Source: Epiperipatus broadwayi (taxonomy: Eukaryota > Animalia > Onychophora). Taken from it: 64,000 nt of DNA. This document shows, in pieces, positions 24,751 to 38,010 of this stretch (position 1 is the stretch's first letter; each line of letters starts with the position of its first letter). The DNA is taken from assembly GCA_028023455.1 (NCBI GenBank), contig JAQFVV010000001.1, positions 16,926,001 to 16,990,000 on the forward strand, in the 5' to 3' direction. Made by a program: the position numbers and the translations under genes. The notes under the pieces are model-generated. The model did not search any database, was not told the origin of the DNA, and saw only the letters and a program-made list of their open reading frames with translations.

Positions 24751-27700
24751 AATGTACTTTAAACTTTAGTCTTTAAAGCTGTGGTTTACAATTTAAAATG
24801 AACATTCAAAATTGAACTTTTTAATTTCTTATCTAAAGTAAATATGAAACCTATTATAAATCTTGCCTAAAATTACATTTGTAAACTTTAAATTTACTTA
24901 TTTGAAAATAAAATAATTATAGCCATTTGTTTTTTTAAATCTATTTTCTATTCTATAACAGTGGTTGTGCCTATATTTTTATCTATTTTATTTCTCAAAA
25001 TTTCATTTTATTATATTTAATTTTATAATTCTTTAGTGAATATATTATAATTTATATCTTCAACTTAATAAACTTAGATGAGGATATTTAGCTTATTTTG
25101 CCTGCTGTTTCAAGATCCTATTATACTAAGAATAATAACTGACTGCTCTGCACACATTATTATGATATTTTTGATTTAGTTTTATATTGATTAAATATTG
25201 ATTATGGTTTGCACAATTACAATTATAAATTGAGTTTAAAAAATTAATCTTATCAAAATAATAGACTAACCATAGAAATACAAAATAATAGACTAACCAT
25301 AGAGATACAGACAGAAGTATATTTTGTAAGGTATTATTAATTTTACCTCACTAAATATATCTTTCCTTCCTAGTGAAATTTGACTCTAGGTGCAGCTTAA
25401 GTATCTATTAAACTAGATTAAGCCTAACACTATTATACTTATATAATGTAATATAGTCACTTACATAATCTGGTCTTATAACATACCTTCAGTGGTGGAG
25501 ATTGCTGGGCCATGAAGCACATCTAGAAATACAGCATGTTTTTATTTTACTTGCCGCAACAATTTTTACATAATAGTTAATATATATATATATATTGTAA
25601 CGGGCACATACGTACATTACATTATTTTTTAGTAGTAAAAATAAAAAAAAAGTTCGCCAATAAAAATTTCTTTTTTAAGAATTAAAAATTGAAAATTAAA
25701 AAATCATCTTAAACTCGCATATATATAAAATTGCACAGATAAACAATTATTAAAATAAAACTTTATTAAAAAAAGAGTAGTTTAAAACTAAATTTTCAGA
25801 AAAGATTTAGAGATAAAAATATATGTTTAAGTTTGAAAACAAATTAATTAAACTTTTGTAAAATGGAAATGATTATTTTAATTAGTAAACTAGCTTTGGG
25901 CATTTAAATGTATAAGCATCAGTCAGATAGGAAAACAATAGAAACTTTTAGCAAATGAAAGAAATCCATCGGGAAATCAGACCTCAACGAAAAGGTTTTC
26001 ACCATCATGATGTAATGTTGAGTTAATCCACAAAATTATTATAAAAGGAAAGGTTTGAAAATAAAAGAGTTAGTTGGTTATTATGAGTGGACAGATATGT
26101 GTTAGTGTGGAGTTGAAGGAGAAGTCATTGAAAAGATGCACTCTTCAATCCCTTCAGTTCTGCTAGGAAGAAAGAGAAATAAACTATCGTTTTCTACATC
26201 GAGGACCAGCTGGAGTAAAAAACCTCCAGATGAATAAATAAAACGGCCAACAGAATACCAATCTTTTTTGGATGGCGTGGGAATTCATGTTCAAATGGCA
26301 AGCAACAGATAAAGATGAACTGTTTAAAACCGTAAGAACTTTATAATTAATGAACATTAAATTAAAAACTTTCCATATTTAAATAATACAAATAGTATCC
26401 CATCTGACCAATGTAAATTAATATTAATAATGTCATTTGATGTATTTTTTTTATATTTAAAATCATTTCCATTTTTTTTTTTGTTCTTTTAAGTTTCTAT
26501 TATGATTTTTGTTTTCCGTTAGACTAAATTACATAAATGTTAAACTTTAGTCAGGCATGAATGGCTATATAGATTTGTAAAGTTATATTAGGGGAGGGTA
26601 ATCTTAGGTTATTTGTTTCGTGGTTGAATTGGGTCAATGAATTGGATATATTGATGTAGTTAGTAGATGCAATTCGAGTTTTGCTATGGGCAGAATTGCT
26701 TTATATGACACACACTTCCGTTTTGCCTATGGAAGGGATTATAAAATGTAGAACGCTGTTCCTTTCGATGGAGTTTTTTTTTATTGCTCTTCTTGTCAGA
26801 TCCTATCTGATGAGAGGCAATTTCTTCTCTTAACCTTTTGTGCTACCGTATTTTGTATTACATTGAATGCATCAATGTGTCAGATGAATTGACGTTAGTT
26901 TGACCGTGAACTTTTAGCCTAAGGTTAAATAAGGATAGAATATTTTCTTTAAAATGCAAATCTATGTAGTCCATTTATACTCGACACTCTAAATAAAATT
27001 GCATTAAATTCAAGTTGGGTATAGATGCTTGCATGGGTTCGTTACCGGTTAATTATGTTTTTGGTTTTCATATGTGATCAAAATATATAGACATTCGGTA
27101 AATACTGATACCTTACGGTGAGTATCTCAGATGTATTTATTCAAATGTCTTTTAAGTTATTAGTGTTAATGCGGTGTCTTATGATGAACACCACTGGGTT
27201 TCTTGTATTCTCTATGCAATTGATGGTATCAATGATGTTGTATTTTGATCGTTTATGTTTACTTTGAAATGTTTTTAACCATGTAATTTATGTAACCGAT
27301 CTATACTCAACATTATAAAACAAACTTTCATAAATCCATCTGTGTGAACTTAATTAAAATGTAAACTTATAATATTATAAAAATTAAAATGTAAATTTAA
27401 ATTATAAAATCAAATTAAAATCTAAAATAAACATACTAAAATAATAATGTTAAATTTTATATATATATGTGCGTAAATAAATGTTTGTATGTGTTAATTT
27501 CTGGCAGTGGCTTATTTTATTTATTTTTTAATATTGAAATATAATTAGATAAGATATTATATTATTAAATCTCTGCTACTCCCTGAGCTAGTGACATGGG
27601 CTAATGACCGGATATCAAAATATATAAAGGAAAAAATATATATTTTTTTGACTTATGTATCTGCCTACTTTATAAATTTTTCTAGGTTCAAATGCCTAGA

Positions 27701-27789
27701 TGGCACCCTGTAGTGCAGATTACGTTAAGCTCTAATTCTCTGGATCATTATAATATATATGTTACATACATTTAGAATAATCTGGAACT

Positions 27790-28177
27790 CTTTTATCTGT
27801 TAATCAGATCATGATTAGTTTAAATATAGATAATACACAATCAACCAATAATGCATTGGTCAAACTCATTCTTTGCCATATATAAAAACAATTCAACTGC
27901 TGGTAAAAAAAATTGAAAGTTGACAGAAATTTCATACAAAAATTAATGAGTTTAAATTGTTCATTCCTATTTTTTATGTTAATCAGACTGTGATTATATA
28001 TAGATAATGCATCATCAATATATTTTTAACTTTCAAATGATTTTAACATTATCAAGTTTTATCTGTAAATTAGATTTTAGCATTGTTTGAACTTCTTATA
28101 ATCAATCAATAATGTGTTGGCCAAACTCATTTTTTATATATAAAACAATTCAACAGTTGGTAAAAAAACTGAAAGTG
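27790..28177 (+). repeat. Diverged local tandem duplication (~265-bp period)
   Basis: AATCAACCAATAATGCATTGGTCAAACTCATT...TGAAAGT (27839-27920) recurs as AATCAATCAATAATGTGTTGGCCAAACTCATT...TGAAAGT (28100-28177). Confidence 0.8.
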
Positions 28178-28275
28178 AATTTTTTAAATTAAATTTTAAT
28201 TAAAGCTTTTGAACATTTTAGTAAAATTTTCTATGAAAGCACTCATTCTGTTCAATACATGGATGATTCATCCCT

Positions 28276-28386
<111 letters not shown>

Positions 28387-28447
28387 TATTCTGCTAAGTA
28401 TATATAATAATTTTAGCCATGAAGTTGAAAAATAAAGTTAAAAATGA

Positions 28448-29530
28448 CTGGGACTGCATTCAATAAAAGTATTTGCAATACAGAGAACTTACAATATAAT
28501 CCATAAACTTTACTCTGATTGCAGGACCTTCCAATGTCCACTTCCCAAAGAACAAGTTCTTCCCACTGATAGACTGCCCCCTCTGAGGTTCACTCCCATC
28601 TGGCTCCAAACACAGATGTCATACATTCTTGCACACATAGTACCTTCTGCGACCATGTTCAATTCAAAAATAACCTATTGGAAAGTCTTCAACCTATCCA
28701 ACTCAAATACCCAGAAGGCACACACTTACCCCCCCATCGACATAAACAAACTGTGCAAACTAGCCCGTAGATTGAAACTAGCACCTAATCACACAGACTT
28801 CATTCTCAAAATTAACCTTGGTAGCCTCTCCACTGCTATATTTCTTAATAGAAGAGGCTTCTGCATAGATCCTATATGTTGTCTCTGTCTTTCCAGCCCA
28901 GAAGATATGGACCATATCCTTCGCCTTTGTCCAGTCTGGCAAGGACTAAGACAAAACTTCCAGAAACACATTAATAATAATGGTCCAGACCTAACATCAC
29001 TTCAAGTGGTTTTAAATAGAGGCATTTTTGCTGAAATCAGGCTTGCCACTTACATAAACTTTGCCATCTGGTTGGCCAGATCCAAGATGATTTTTCAAAA
29101 ATTACCACTTGACAAACTCAATAACTGCTTCCTCAACATAATTAAAAATATCCAAGAAACAGACAAGAGAGAGGCTGATCCATACCTGGCCATATTAACC
29201 TGGGAATTCATAACTGGCCTAAACAGTACCTGACCAACCAACCCCTAAATAATTTATATGAAAATAACTATTATCATTTAATAAAACCATCCAACCATAG
29301 CTTACCAAAACAGGGTTTACTAACAAAGGTATTTCGTTATAGACTAGATGGATAATATTCACCTTGCATCCACAGACTAAGTTCTTCACTAACACTCATT
29401 TTGTATTCTACTGACTTTTGGATCATTTCTTCTTTGTATATATCACCCTGTAACCTCACCTAGTTAATTCTTGTTATTTATTTTTTTATATTTTTTTTGT
29501 AATCACTTATAGGTCAAATAAAATTATCTT
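28448..29530 (+). mobile_element. 5'-truncated L1/Tx1-like LINE, copy 2 (ORF2 C-terminus plus 3' UTR)
   Basis: Uninterrupted frame 28448-29233: GLHSIK...PTDRLPP...IWLQ...CCLCLSSPEDMDHILRLC...RLATYINFAIWLARSK, homologous to copy 1. Confidence 0.88.
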
Positions 29531-31459
29531 GAAAGAGAAAATGATTATCATTGATATTCAAAAATAAAGACAATTTTCAAATCAGAAAGTAGTAAAACTG
29601 TCAGAAGTCTAAGTATGTTAATATGAAATAGCTAAATCAATAAACACTAAACATTATAGAGAAAGTCTTTGACTGGCATTGAATGTATTTGTACTAAGAT
29701 GTTTTGGAACTTTTTTGTGTCAGAAATGCAATTTTTTTTATATTAAGAAATATTATTTAAGTATTTGATGCACATGATTATTTATGCTTGTAAAAGTTCA
29801 ATTCCAAATGCACTAGTGATTATGTTTTTCAAATTACCTCATAAAGTTTTCAAAGATCCCCTAGTGGCAATTTGAGTCATTTTCATTTCAATATTAAAGC
29901 CTTTATTCAATATTATAAATAAATAAATTGCTATTGATTTGTTAAAACTATAAATGAAAAACATTGTATTTGAATTTTCCAAATATAAAAGAAAATAAAA
30001 AGAAAAAGAAATGTAATGAAAATAATCACTTTTTATTTATTGACAAATTGTTATAACACTATTGAAAAAAGTAAATTAATGAAATCGTTGTTGAATGAAT
30101 TTAACTTTTTAATTGCAAACAAATAATTAGAAAGTCATCATAAAGCTATGAAATTCTGTTCCAAAAATTAAAAATATGATTTATATTTATTAAATTATCA
30201 CAAAAATTCCATTTTAGATATTTGATGAAATATAATGGTCATAATGATGATAGTTTCCTTTTCATCATTACTTCAAATTTTTAAACTTATATTTTTAAAA
30301 ATGAAATATATATAAAAAATTTAAATCCAAAGAGTATTACTTTTTTTTAACAATTATTATATATGTATATTTGTAAAGTTAGCATTTAAATTGACTAAGA
30401 TATGAAATTTTTGTTCATTGCTAACAACCAAAGGGGGGATAAACAAGATTGTTTATACATCCAAAATTAAAGGATCTACCAATCAGGTGCCGTCTAGGTT
30501 TTGTTGGCTTATATGTAGGTTTTGTATGTGGACTACTCTGTGGATTATTACCATTTTCAGACCTTCTTTAAACTAATAAATAAATATGTTTTAGCATCAA
30601 ATAAGCATAAAAACAGCAAAATAATAATAAAAATAGCCACAAGATTGATTTAGGGCTGATGCATAGTAGAGCCATTATAATACTCCAAGAAGCTCCAATT
30701 ATCATTATTGTATAATTAAACATTTTTTTTGCTAAAGTGACAGACATTTTTATCATATTTTGACAGATAAATTAACAATGTAGTTTGCTTATTTATTTAT
30801 ATATCTTTAGCAATGAAAATATAGTTACATTCTTTTAAAAAAAATCAGCTACCTATCACATTTAATTGATTTAAAATCTTCATAATACCAACTATGAATG
30901 TTATAATCTCTTCACTTTGTTTATATTAAGAAGTTTGTTTGTGAATTTTATATGAATAAGATTTTTTATGCTTTTAAAAGATCAATTATAATCTCCACTA
31001 GGAAATGAATGTTGTTTAAGATTTTTTATCTGCATAAGATTTGTTATGTTCTTAAAAATCTAAAAAACTTTAATTACAGTTTTCATAAGAAAAAGATTAT
31101 GTTTTTTAAATTTATTTATGTAGTATGAAAATTAAATAAATTAATTTCATATTATTTTAACCACTTTATTTGAATTATATTTTTCCTGTTTAAATGGTTG
31201 TAATGGGTGATAATTTTTCTCTAGATTGTGGATCTGGAATAGGTTATTCAATGTCTTTCAATCTTCGGAAATCAATTACTTTCCTTGTAACAGACTGCTG
31301 TATTTATTTAAATAACAAAAATTATACAATACTTTATAATGCAGTTATAAAATAGACATATAATAAGATTTAGTGAGGTTAAAAAGATCACACAGTATTC
31401 TTTGAAAGGGATAGAAAGAAAAGAGCTAGTTATTTACAGATATTCTTAAATGTAAATAT

Positions 31460-31631
31460 TGGGAATTTGAATTCAGACTATCAAGCAACCCTCAAATATT
31501 CACATTATCTCATACTACTAATACACATGACCACATACATGTACAAAAGATAAATAATAACCAATGTATGTATTTCATGCTGAAACAGCACTCATCATCT
31601 CCCACACACACACATATATATAGAGTGCTCA
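31460..31631 (-). mobile_element. Family A element arm with HHR, interrupted by the family B mini-element (resumes ~32300-32335)
   Basis: Minus strand GATGATGAG TGCTG-TTT-CAGCA T GAAA TACATAC A TTGG at 31561-31599. The 5' strand of stem I has been lost by a GATGATGA microhomology deletion. Sequence after 32299 matches 3975-4010. Confidence 0.7.
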
Positions 31632-31758
31632 GTGTTTTTCTGAAGGTTTGTGATGATGGTGTTCTAGCTGTATTTTTATATTGGACTATTTCCATCATCT
31701 AATATGTGTGTTGAATGTCTTTAGAAAAGTTTTTTAGTTAAATATTCCAAATGCATTC

Positions 31759-31950
31759 AACTGTTAGTAATATCACAGCAAACAGGTTAGTATATGCACC
31801 AACTGTTAGTAATATCACAGCAAACAAATGTTAGTAATATCACAGCAAACTGGTTAGTATATGCACTAACTGTTAGTAATATCACAGCAAACAGGTTAGT
31901 ATATGCACTAACTGTTAGTAATATTACAGCAAACAGGTTAGTATATACAC
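31759..31950 (+). repeat. 42-bp tandem repeat array inside the family B pLTR (mirrored at ~32030-32192)
   Basis: Unit AACTGTTAGTAATATCACAGCAAACAGGTTAGTATATGCACY starts at 31759, 31801 (partial), 31868 and 31910. Confidence 0.95.
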
Positions 31951-31990
31951 AACATTTCAAGAGGTATTTTTCTCCTCTCTTTTTCAGGTG
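31948..31990 (-). ncRNA. PLE-type hammerhead (family B), core point-mutated
   Basis: Minus strand CAC-CTGAAAA AG AGAGG-AGAAAAATA-CCTCT T GAAA TGT T GTG. Stem I CAC/GTG, perfect 5-bp stem II; CUGAAGA has become CUGAAAA. Confidence 0.6.
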
Positions 31991-32989
31991 TTGCTGGCCT
32001 GACCAGTGACAGTACTAGCATGGGATTAGAACATTGGCATATACTAACCTGTTTGCTCATAATTACTAACATGGGATTAGAACATTGGCATATACTAACC
32101 TGTTTGCTGTGATATTACTAACAATTGTTTGCTGTGATATTACTAACAGTTGGTGCATATACTAACCTGTTTGCTGTGATATTACTAACAGTTGAATGCA
32201 TTTGGAATATTTAACTAAAATTAAATTTTTCTAAAGACATTCAACACACATATTAGATTATGTAAATAGTCCAATATAAAAATACATATAGAGTGCTCAA
32301 TTTATATTAGGCTGGAAACTCTATACTTTAATGGAATGCCTGTATTTCAAATCTTAGATATATTGAAATGATAAATTGAGAATACATTTTTTTAATTTTG
32401 ATCTATTATAGCTATAAAAGGTGCCTTTTTAAAATCTTCTTGCTAGCTTGATTCATTATAAAATGACTAAAAGCCCACAGAAAGTAATACTTTTTACAGA
32501 CTAGAATGGTATCATAAAGATTATATCAATATTTAGAACTGTGTACTTAGTTTTTGTTTTAACAATCTGTATACATCAATTATACAATGTATACTCTAGA
32601 AAAGAAATTAATATATGTAATTTATTTTGTTGTTTATAAGTCTAGCATATTTTAATTAATATATAAAAAGAATGGCTTGGATAATGATTTTTTTTTTTGT
32701 TTTGAGAAAGACATATTTATTTGATAAAAACAATATTTTTTCTTGTTTATCGAGAATAAATATTGTATTTCATGGAAGTATTTGTGATATTTGAATATAG
32801 AAGTGAAATATAATAGTTATGCCATTGATAGCTAACAAATTGTAAAGAAATTTAATTCCAAAAATGAAGATAATAATTAACGATTATTTTAATAAAGAAG
32901 TTTAGAGTAATCAATTATTTTTTTTATTTTAAATTACAGAGTTTATGTGTAATTATCAATAAAGCAAGTCATATATAATGTGACATTGC

Positions 32990-33400
32990 TTTTATAAGCT
33001 TGTATTTACAAAAATGTAATACTGAGAGCATACCAATAGCTCAAACAAGCTCTTAATCAATAAGTGTGGTAAGAGAAAACATTTAAAATCTCTATCCAAA
33101 ATACTCTTATCTCCAGACCAATTGGTTTCAAGCTTATGGATTACCTCAGTGAGGAGTCAGAATATTCAGATACTAGATCTAAAATATCAATTCAAAACTC
33201 AGCACTTATTTCATACATCATATTTAAATAGAAACTCTGAAGATTTCAAATGAAGACAAAAACATTCCTTTAAAAATCTTGGAATTTTCATAGAAATCTT
33301 CTTACACTTAATATTAATTATATGGCCTGCTGCTTTGGAATTCAATGAATGCTTGAGCAGATAAGTGACAGACAAGCTTAGAAGTGATCCTAGAATTTTT
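32990..33400 (+). mobile_element. LINE RT relic
   Basis: TNWFQAYGLPQ*G (motif B), then KTQHLF and SFKNLGIFI. Confidence 0.4.
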
Positions 33401-33422
33401 CATTTTTCCACAGGTAAAAAAT

Positions 33423-36400
33423 GGTAGTTGTGACTTACACCCTATGTGGCCAATGGGTGACACTGCAATACCACCAACAACTGCCATGAAGCATGCAAAT
33501 AATAAATTTCTGTCAGAAAAGTGCTAAAATAGACAAATTAAAAATGCCTAAGGCAAAAATAAATCTCACAAATTCTTATAAAAATAAATAAAAAAAACAA
33601 AAAATGCTATAAAATTTCAAATTACAAAAACAGAAATTGGGGGAAATGCATCAAATGCAACTCCCCCAAAAGAATTTCTATCCAAAAATTGCTGAAATAG
33701 AGGAATTAAAATGCCTAAATGGAACAAATCCTTCTAAAATACAAATTAAAACAAACAAACAAGAAAATGCTATGAAATTCGAATTACAAAAACTTTAATG
33801 GTAAATAACAAAAAAATTAATGAAGCTTCATCAATGGTAAAGCTTCATCAATAACTGATGGAGCTTTCTTCATTTATGACAGGAATTACAAAAACAGATT
33901 AGAAAGAGCTGAAAATAGATAAATTAAAAATGCCCAATAGAAAAGTAAAACCAACAAATCATTATAAAGTACAAATTAAAAAAACAAACAAACAAGAAAA
34001 CGCTATGAAATTCAAGTTACAAAAGCAGGAAAACTTTAATGGTAAATGTCAAATTAATTAATGAAGCTTCATCAATGACTGATGGGAATTTTTTCATTAA
34101 TGGTCAGATTAAAAAAAACAGATTACAAAGCAATGATTATATAAACTAATAAGCAATAAGAAATTTAATAAGAATATTACCCAATTTTTTTTGAGGCTGA
34201 TATGTCCAGTATTTCTAGCAGGTTTGCAGCATAAACATCCATGCTATAAAAAATAAGATTATTATTTTGAGCCTTATTGCAGATTTCAGCATACTAACTA
34301 ATAACAACAGATAAAATAATGGTGCTCACTTGGTTTAAAAAATAAAACAAAGATGGCAGAAATTAACAGCAGGCCTTTTACTGAATTAAATCTGTACATA
34401 TATACCAATTAAAGATTTAAAAAGAGTAATCTTATCACAGTTTAATACATTACATGTTACAGTTTAATTCCACAAAAAAATAGACAAAAAGAAGGTTCAA
34501 ATTTTTAGGCATTTGGTGCATAATTATTGGTACCACATTATTTAAACATTCACACTGATGAGATAGTAATAGCTTGTAATATAGAATGAAATAAATCTTC
34601 ATCATGGTGCAGTCCTCACCTCATAAATTCTGTTAAGTATGATACCAGGTGAAGTTGAGAGATCCCTCTCTCTCTTTTATTGCACCATTTTATTAGCCCC
34701 CAAAGTCTTTCTACATTTTGTGTATGCACCCCAGCAGAATGACCCACAAAATTGTATGTGTGATTGACTTTGAAATGTTCATAACCGCAGCATTTAATTC
34801 AGCACTTTTGTATGCCTTCCAACAGTCAGTATATATGGTGGATCCTGGTGCTAATTGTTGTTTAATGGCATCTATGAGAACAGATGCTGTTTGACCTGGA
34901 ATAGCAACAATGAAGAACTTTTTTGTTTCTCTACATAAACCACCAAATAAACACTGTTGTGGAAGAATTTTTCCCTGTTGGTTTTTCATTTAGTGAAAAG
35001 AGTTCCATCTACCTCTATTATTTTTCCTGGCCCTCAATTTTGCAGGATGGGTGAGATAATAGACTTTCTAGGCAGGCTTCTCTCAAATATTGCTTCCATG
35101 TAATGACAGTCTTCTCACATCCAAATCATTTATTCTCAATTCTATGGTCAATTAGTTTTTAATCCAATAATAAATGATTCAGATGGCTGAGACAAATGAC
35201 AATATGCAGCCCTCAAATCAGGTTCCTCTCCAAAGTGGTATATGTTTTTGACATAGCTTCATTTGATGGTCCTTGATGCACACTTTTTGAGAGGGCAGAA
35301 CACTGACTTTGGAAGAACTCCACTGCCTCATGTTCTGTCTTTGGGAGATCCCAAATTTTCATAATTTTATAAGATGGTAAGATACTAGACACTATATCAC
35401 ACTATAATTAAATTTCAGCGTGGGTTTTTGAAATGTTGCCTGTAAGTTTGCACATGTTTAAGATTATTCATCTCTGTAAAAAAATAATCCATATTAACCC
35501 TGTCAAAAAATAAAAATAATCCCAACAACTTCTATTTGTAGCAGTACAAATTACTTAATATGTCATAATAAAACTAAACAGATATTTCAAAAGACTAGTT
35601 CAGTTCCATTTTCATTAAATTTGTCAGCTCAAGAAATTATATTTTTCACATGAAATGTTTATTGCATACCATTTCATTTTGAAAGTATAGAATGTGATGT
35701 GTGCTTCTATAAAATAGCCTGCTGTTAATTTCTGCCATCTTTGTTTTATTTTTTTAAACCAAATAACCACAGTTATTTCATTTGTGCAACATGTTTGAAA
35801 AAAGGCTTCTCTACATAATTTTATTCCAATAAGCCTCAGAAGTTGAATGTTTCTCTAAATAATGTGGTAGCAATAATTTTGCACCGAAAGCCTAAAAATT
35901 TGAACCTTCTTTTTGTCTATTTTTTGTCGAACTAAACTGTGAAATGTAATGTATTAAACTGCAATTAGATTTTTCTTTTTAAATCTTTAATTGGTATCAG
36001 TAAAAAAGCCTGCTGTTAATTTCTGCCATCTTTGTTTTATTTTTTTAAACCAAGTGAGGACCATTATTTTATCTGTTGTTATTAATTAAGTATGCTGAAA
36101 TCTGCAATAAGGCTCAAAATAATAACATTTTTTATACCATGGATGTTTATGCTGAAAACCTGCTAGAAATACTGGACATGTCAGCCTAAAAAAAAATTGG
36201 GTAATATTCTTATTAAATTTCTTATTGCTTATTAGTTTATATAATCACTGCTTTGTAATCTGTTTTAGTAATTTCTGCCATTAATGAAGGAAGGATCATC
36301 AGTCATTGATGAAGCTTCATCATTGATGATGCTTCATTAATTTTTTGATATTTACTATTAAAGTTTTTGTAATTCGAATTTCATAGCATTTTCTTGTTTT

Positions 36401-36725
36401 TTTTTTTTTTTAATTTGTATTTCAGAAGGATTTGATCCATTTAGACATTTTAATTTTTCTATTTCAGCCATTTTTGGATAGAAATTCTTCTGGGGAGGGT
36501 TTTGCATCTGATGCATTTTCACCAATTTCTATTTTTGTAATTTGAAATTTTATAGCGTTATTTGTTTTTTATAAGGATTTGTAATTTATTTTTGCCTTAG
36601 GCATTTTTAATTTATCTATTTCAGTGCTTTTCTGATAGAAATTTATTACTTGCATGCTTTGTGGAGGTTGTTGATGATACTGCAGCATGGCCCAGTGGCC
36701 ACATGAGGCATAAGTCACAACTACC
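33423..36725 (-). mobile_element. Merlin (IS1016/IS1595-like) DNA transposon with very long inverted arms
   Basis: Termini GGTAGTTGTGACTTA / TAAGTCACAACTACC; 8-bp TSD TAAAAAAT (33415-33422) / TAAAAACT (36726-36733); internal ISXO2-like transposase relic. Confidence 0.9.
34550..35362 (-). pseudogene. Merlin DDE transposase (ISXO2-like), frameshifted
   Basis: MKIWDLPKTEHEAVEFFQ...QQCLFGGLCRETK...LAPGSTIYTDCWKAY...VNHTYNFV...GVHTQNVERLWG...SYLTEFM. Confidence 0.9.
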
Positions 36726-38010
36726 TAAAAACTTTTATTATTATTTAAGTTAAATAATTGCTCAAGAATCATGTGACAATTAAGCATTAGGATAACAAAT
36801 TGAACACAACAGTCATGTGGAAACTGCTTTTAGAATTTTTTAATTTACATTGTTGAGTAGAAATAAATATTCTTTTTGTACTTGTTGACTATTTAGGTAG
36901 ATAATATGATTAGAGAGTAAGCATTGGGATTTGATATGTGATGTATTTTTAATTAGATGTATTAGAAACTTTGTATTTATTTTAATTTAAATATGTGAAG
37001 TATAGGTTTAATTTTAATATATTTATTGATTGACATTTTTGTTATAAAAAGGCTGCAATACTTTATTAATAAATCTTCAAAAATCCTTTCATAAAACTAA
37101 GATGAATTTATCATTGATTAATGGAATAGAATTAAGAACTTATTGATTAAATTGGATAATATTATTCTGGTGACATAAATTATAGCAAAAATCAATTGTA
37201 TATGATGGACTGAAAGAATGGAATATAGCTGAATTTTTTTGAAAAGATGTACATTATTGCTATTGGTTTTATAAGTAATGATATTTTGATTATTTTTGGA
37301 TGAGGTTTATAGAATAGACTGAAGGTCATATAGTTGAATAAAGTGAAATATCTGTTTGCATAATTATCTTTTTGATCAAAAACAATTTTACTTTTGGAAT
37401 ATATTAATTTTTAGACAGATTTTTTTTGCATTTTCTATCAGTTTATTAAGATTTGATTACTGGAAAATGTGAATGCTTGAAGTATTTATATTTTTTCAGT
37501 TGGAGAATAGAAAATTTTTTTAAAGAAAAGTTTTGGGGTAAATTTTCCTTTTTCTGTTCAATCACACCAAGAGAGAAACATTACATTTAAAATAATATCA
37601 TATTTCATTGTAAACATATGGTGAATCAGCATTTTCGAATAAATACTACTAAAATAAAAATTCTTGCCATATTTCATATAAAATAATATTGTGCTTTGCT
37701 TTTTCAGATAAGAGTATTAAGTAATCTTAGCCTGGCTTAGAAAATAGTCATTTATATTTTCTTTTATAAGATAGATATTGACTTTTTTTTTAGAGGCATT
37801 AAATTTTTTTACATAATTGTAGCTGGTGAAGTATTAGCTAAAAGGTATAAATAAGTAGTACAATTTGAATAAGTTATCAAGTAGTTTCAGAATTATTTCA
37901 GATTATCTATGCTATTGAAAAATGCAAAACTTCAATTCTTTCTAAGATTATTGAAAGTGTAGTACTCTTTGATTCATGTTTATATTTTAGAATCTATCTG
38001 ATTATAATTA

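Larger units (their letters stand above)
31632..32285 (-). mobile_element. Family B miniature Penelope derivative (pLTR-only, palindromic)
   Basis: Exact 14-bp TSD ATATAGAGTGCTCA (31618-31631, 32286-32299), near-identical ~195-bp inverted arms, 37-38 nt tail. Arms are homologous to the 3' pLTR of the Penelope element at 53550-53784. Confidence 0.8.

Noticed and set aside
26805-26835. CTGATGAG followed by a hairpin
   Set aside because: No GAAA or stem III; not a hammerhead.
30460-31290. Hydrophobic short frames on both strands and a DCGSGIG exon-like piece
   Set aside because: Conflicting strands and frames, weak donors; no coherent gene model.
31759-31950. CRISPR-like appearance of the 42-bp array
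   Set aside because: Contiguous units with no unique spacers; eukaryotic context.
31965-31990. Strong splice acceptor TTTTCTCCTCTCTTTTTCAG|G (also ~51575-51592)
   Set aside because: It is the reverse complement of the family B hammerhead core and stem II.
34555-34600. CTGATGAG...GAAA in the Merlin element
   Set aside because: No stem II pairing; antisense of the transposase C-terminal codons.
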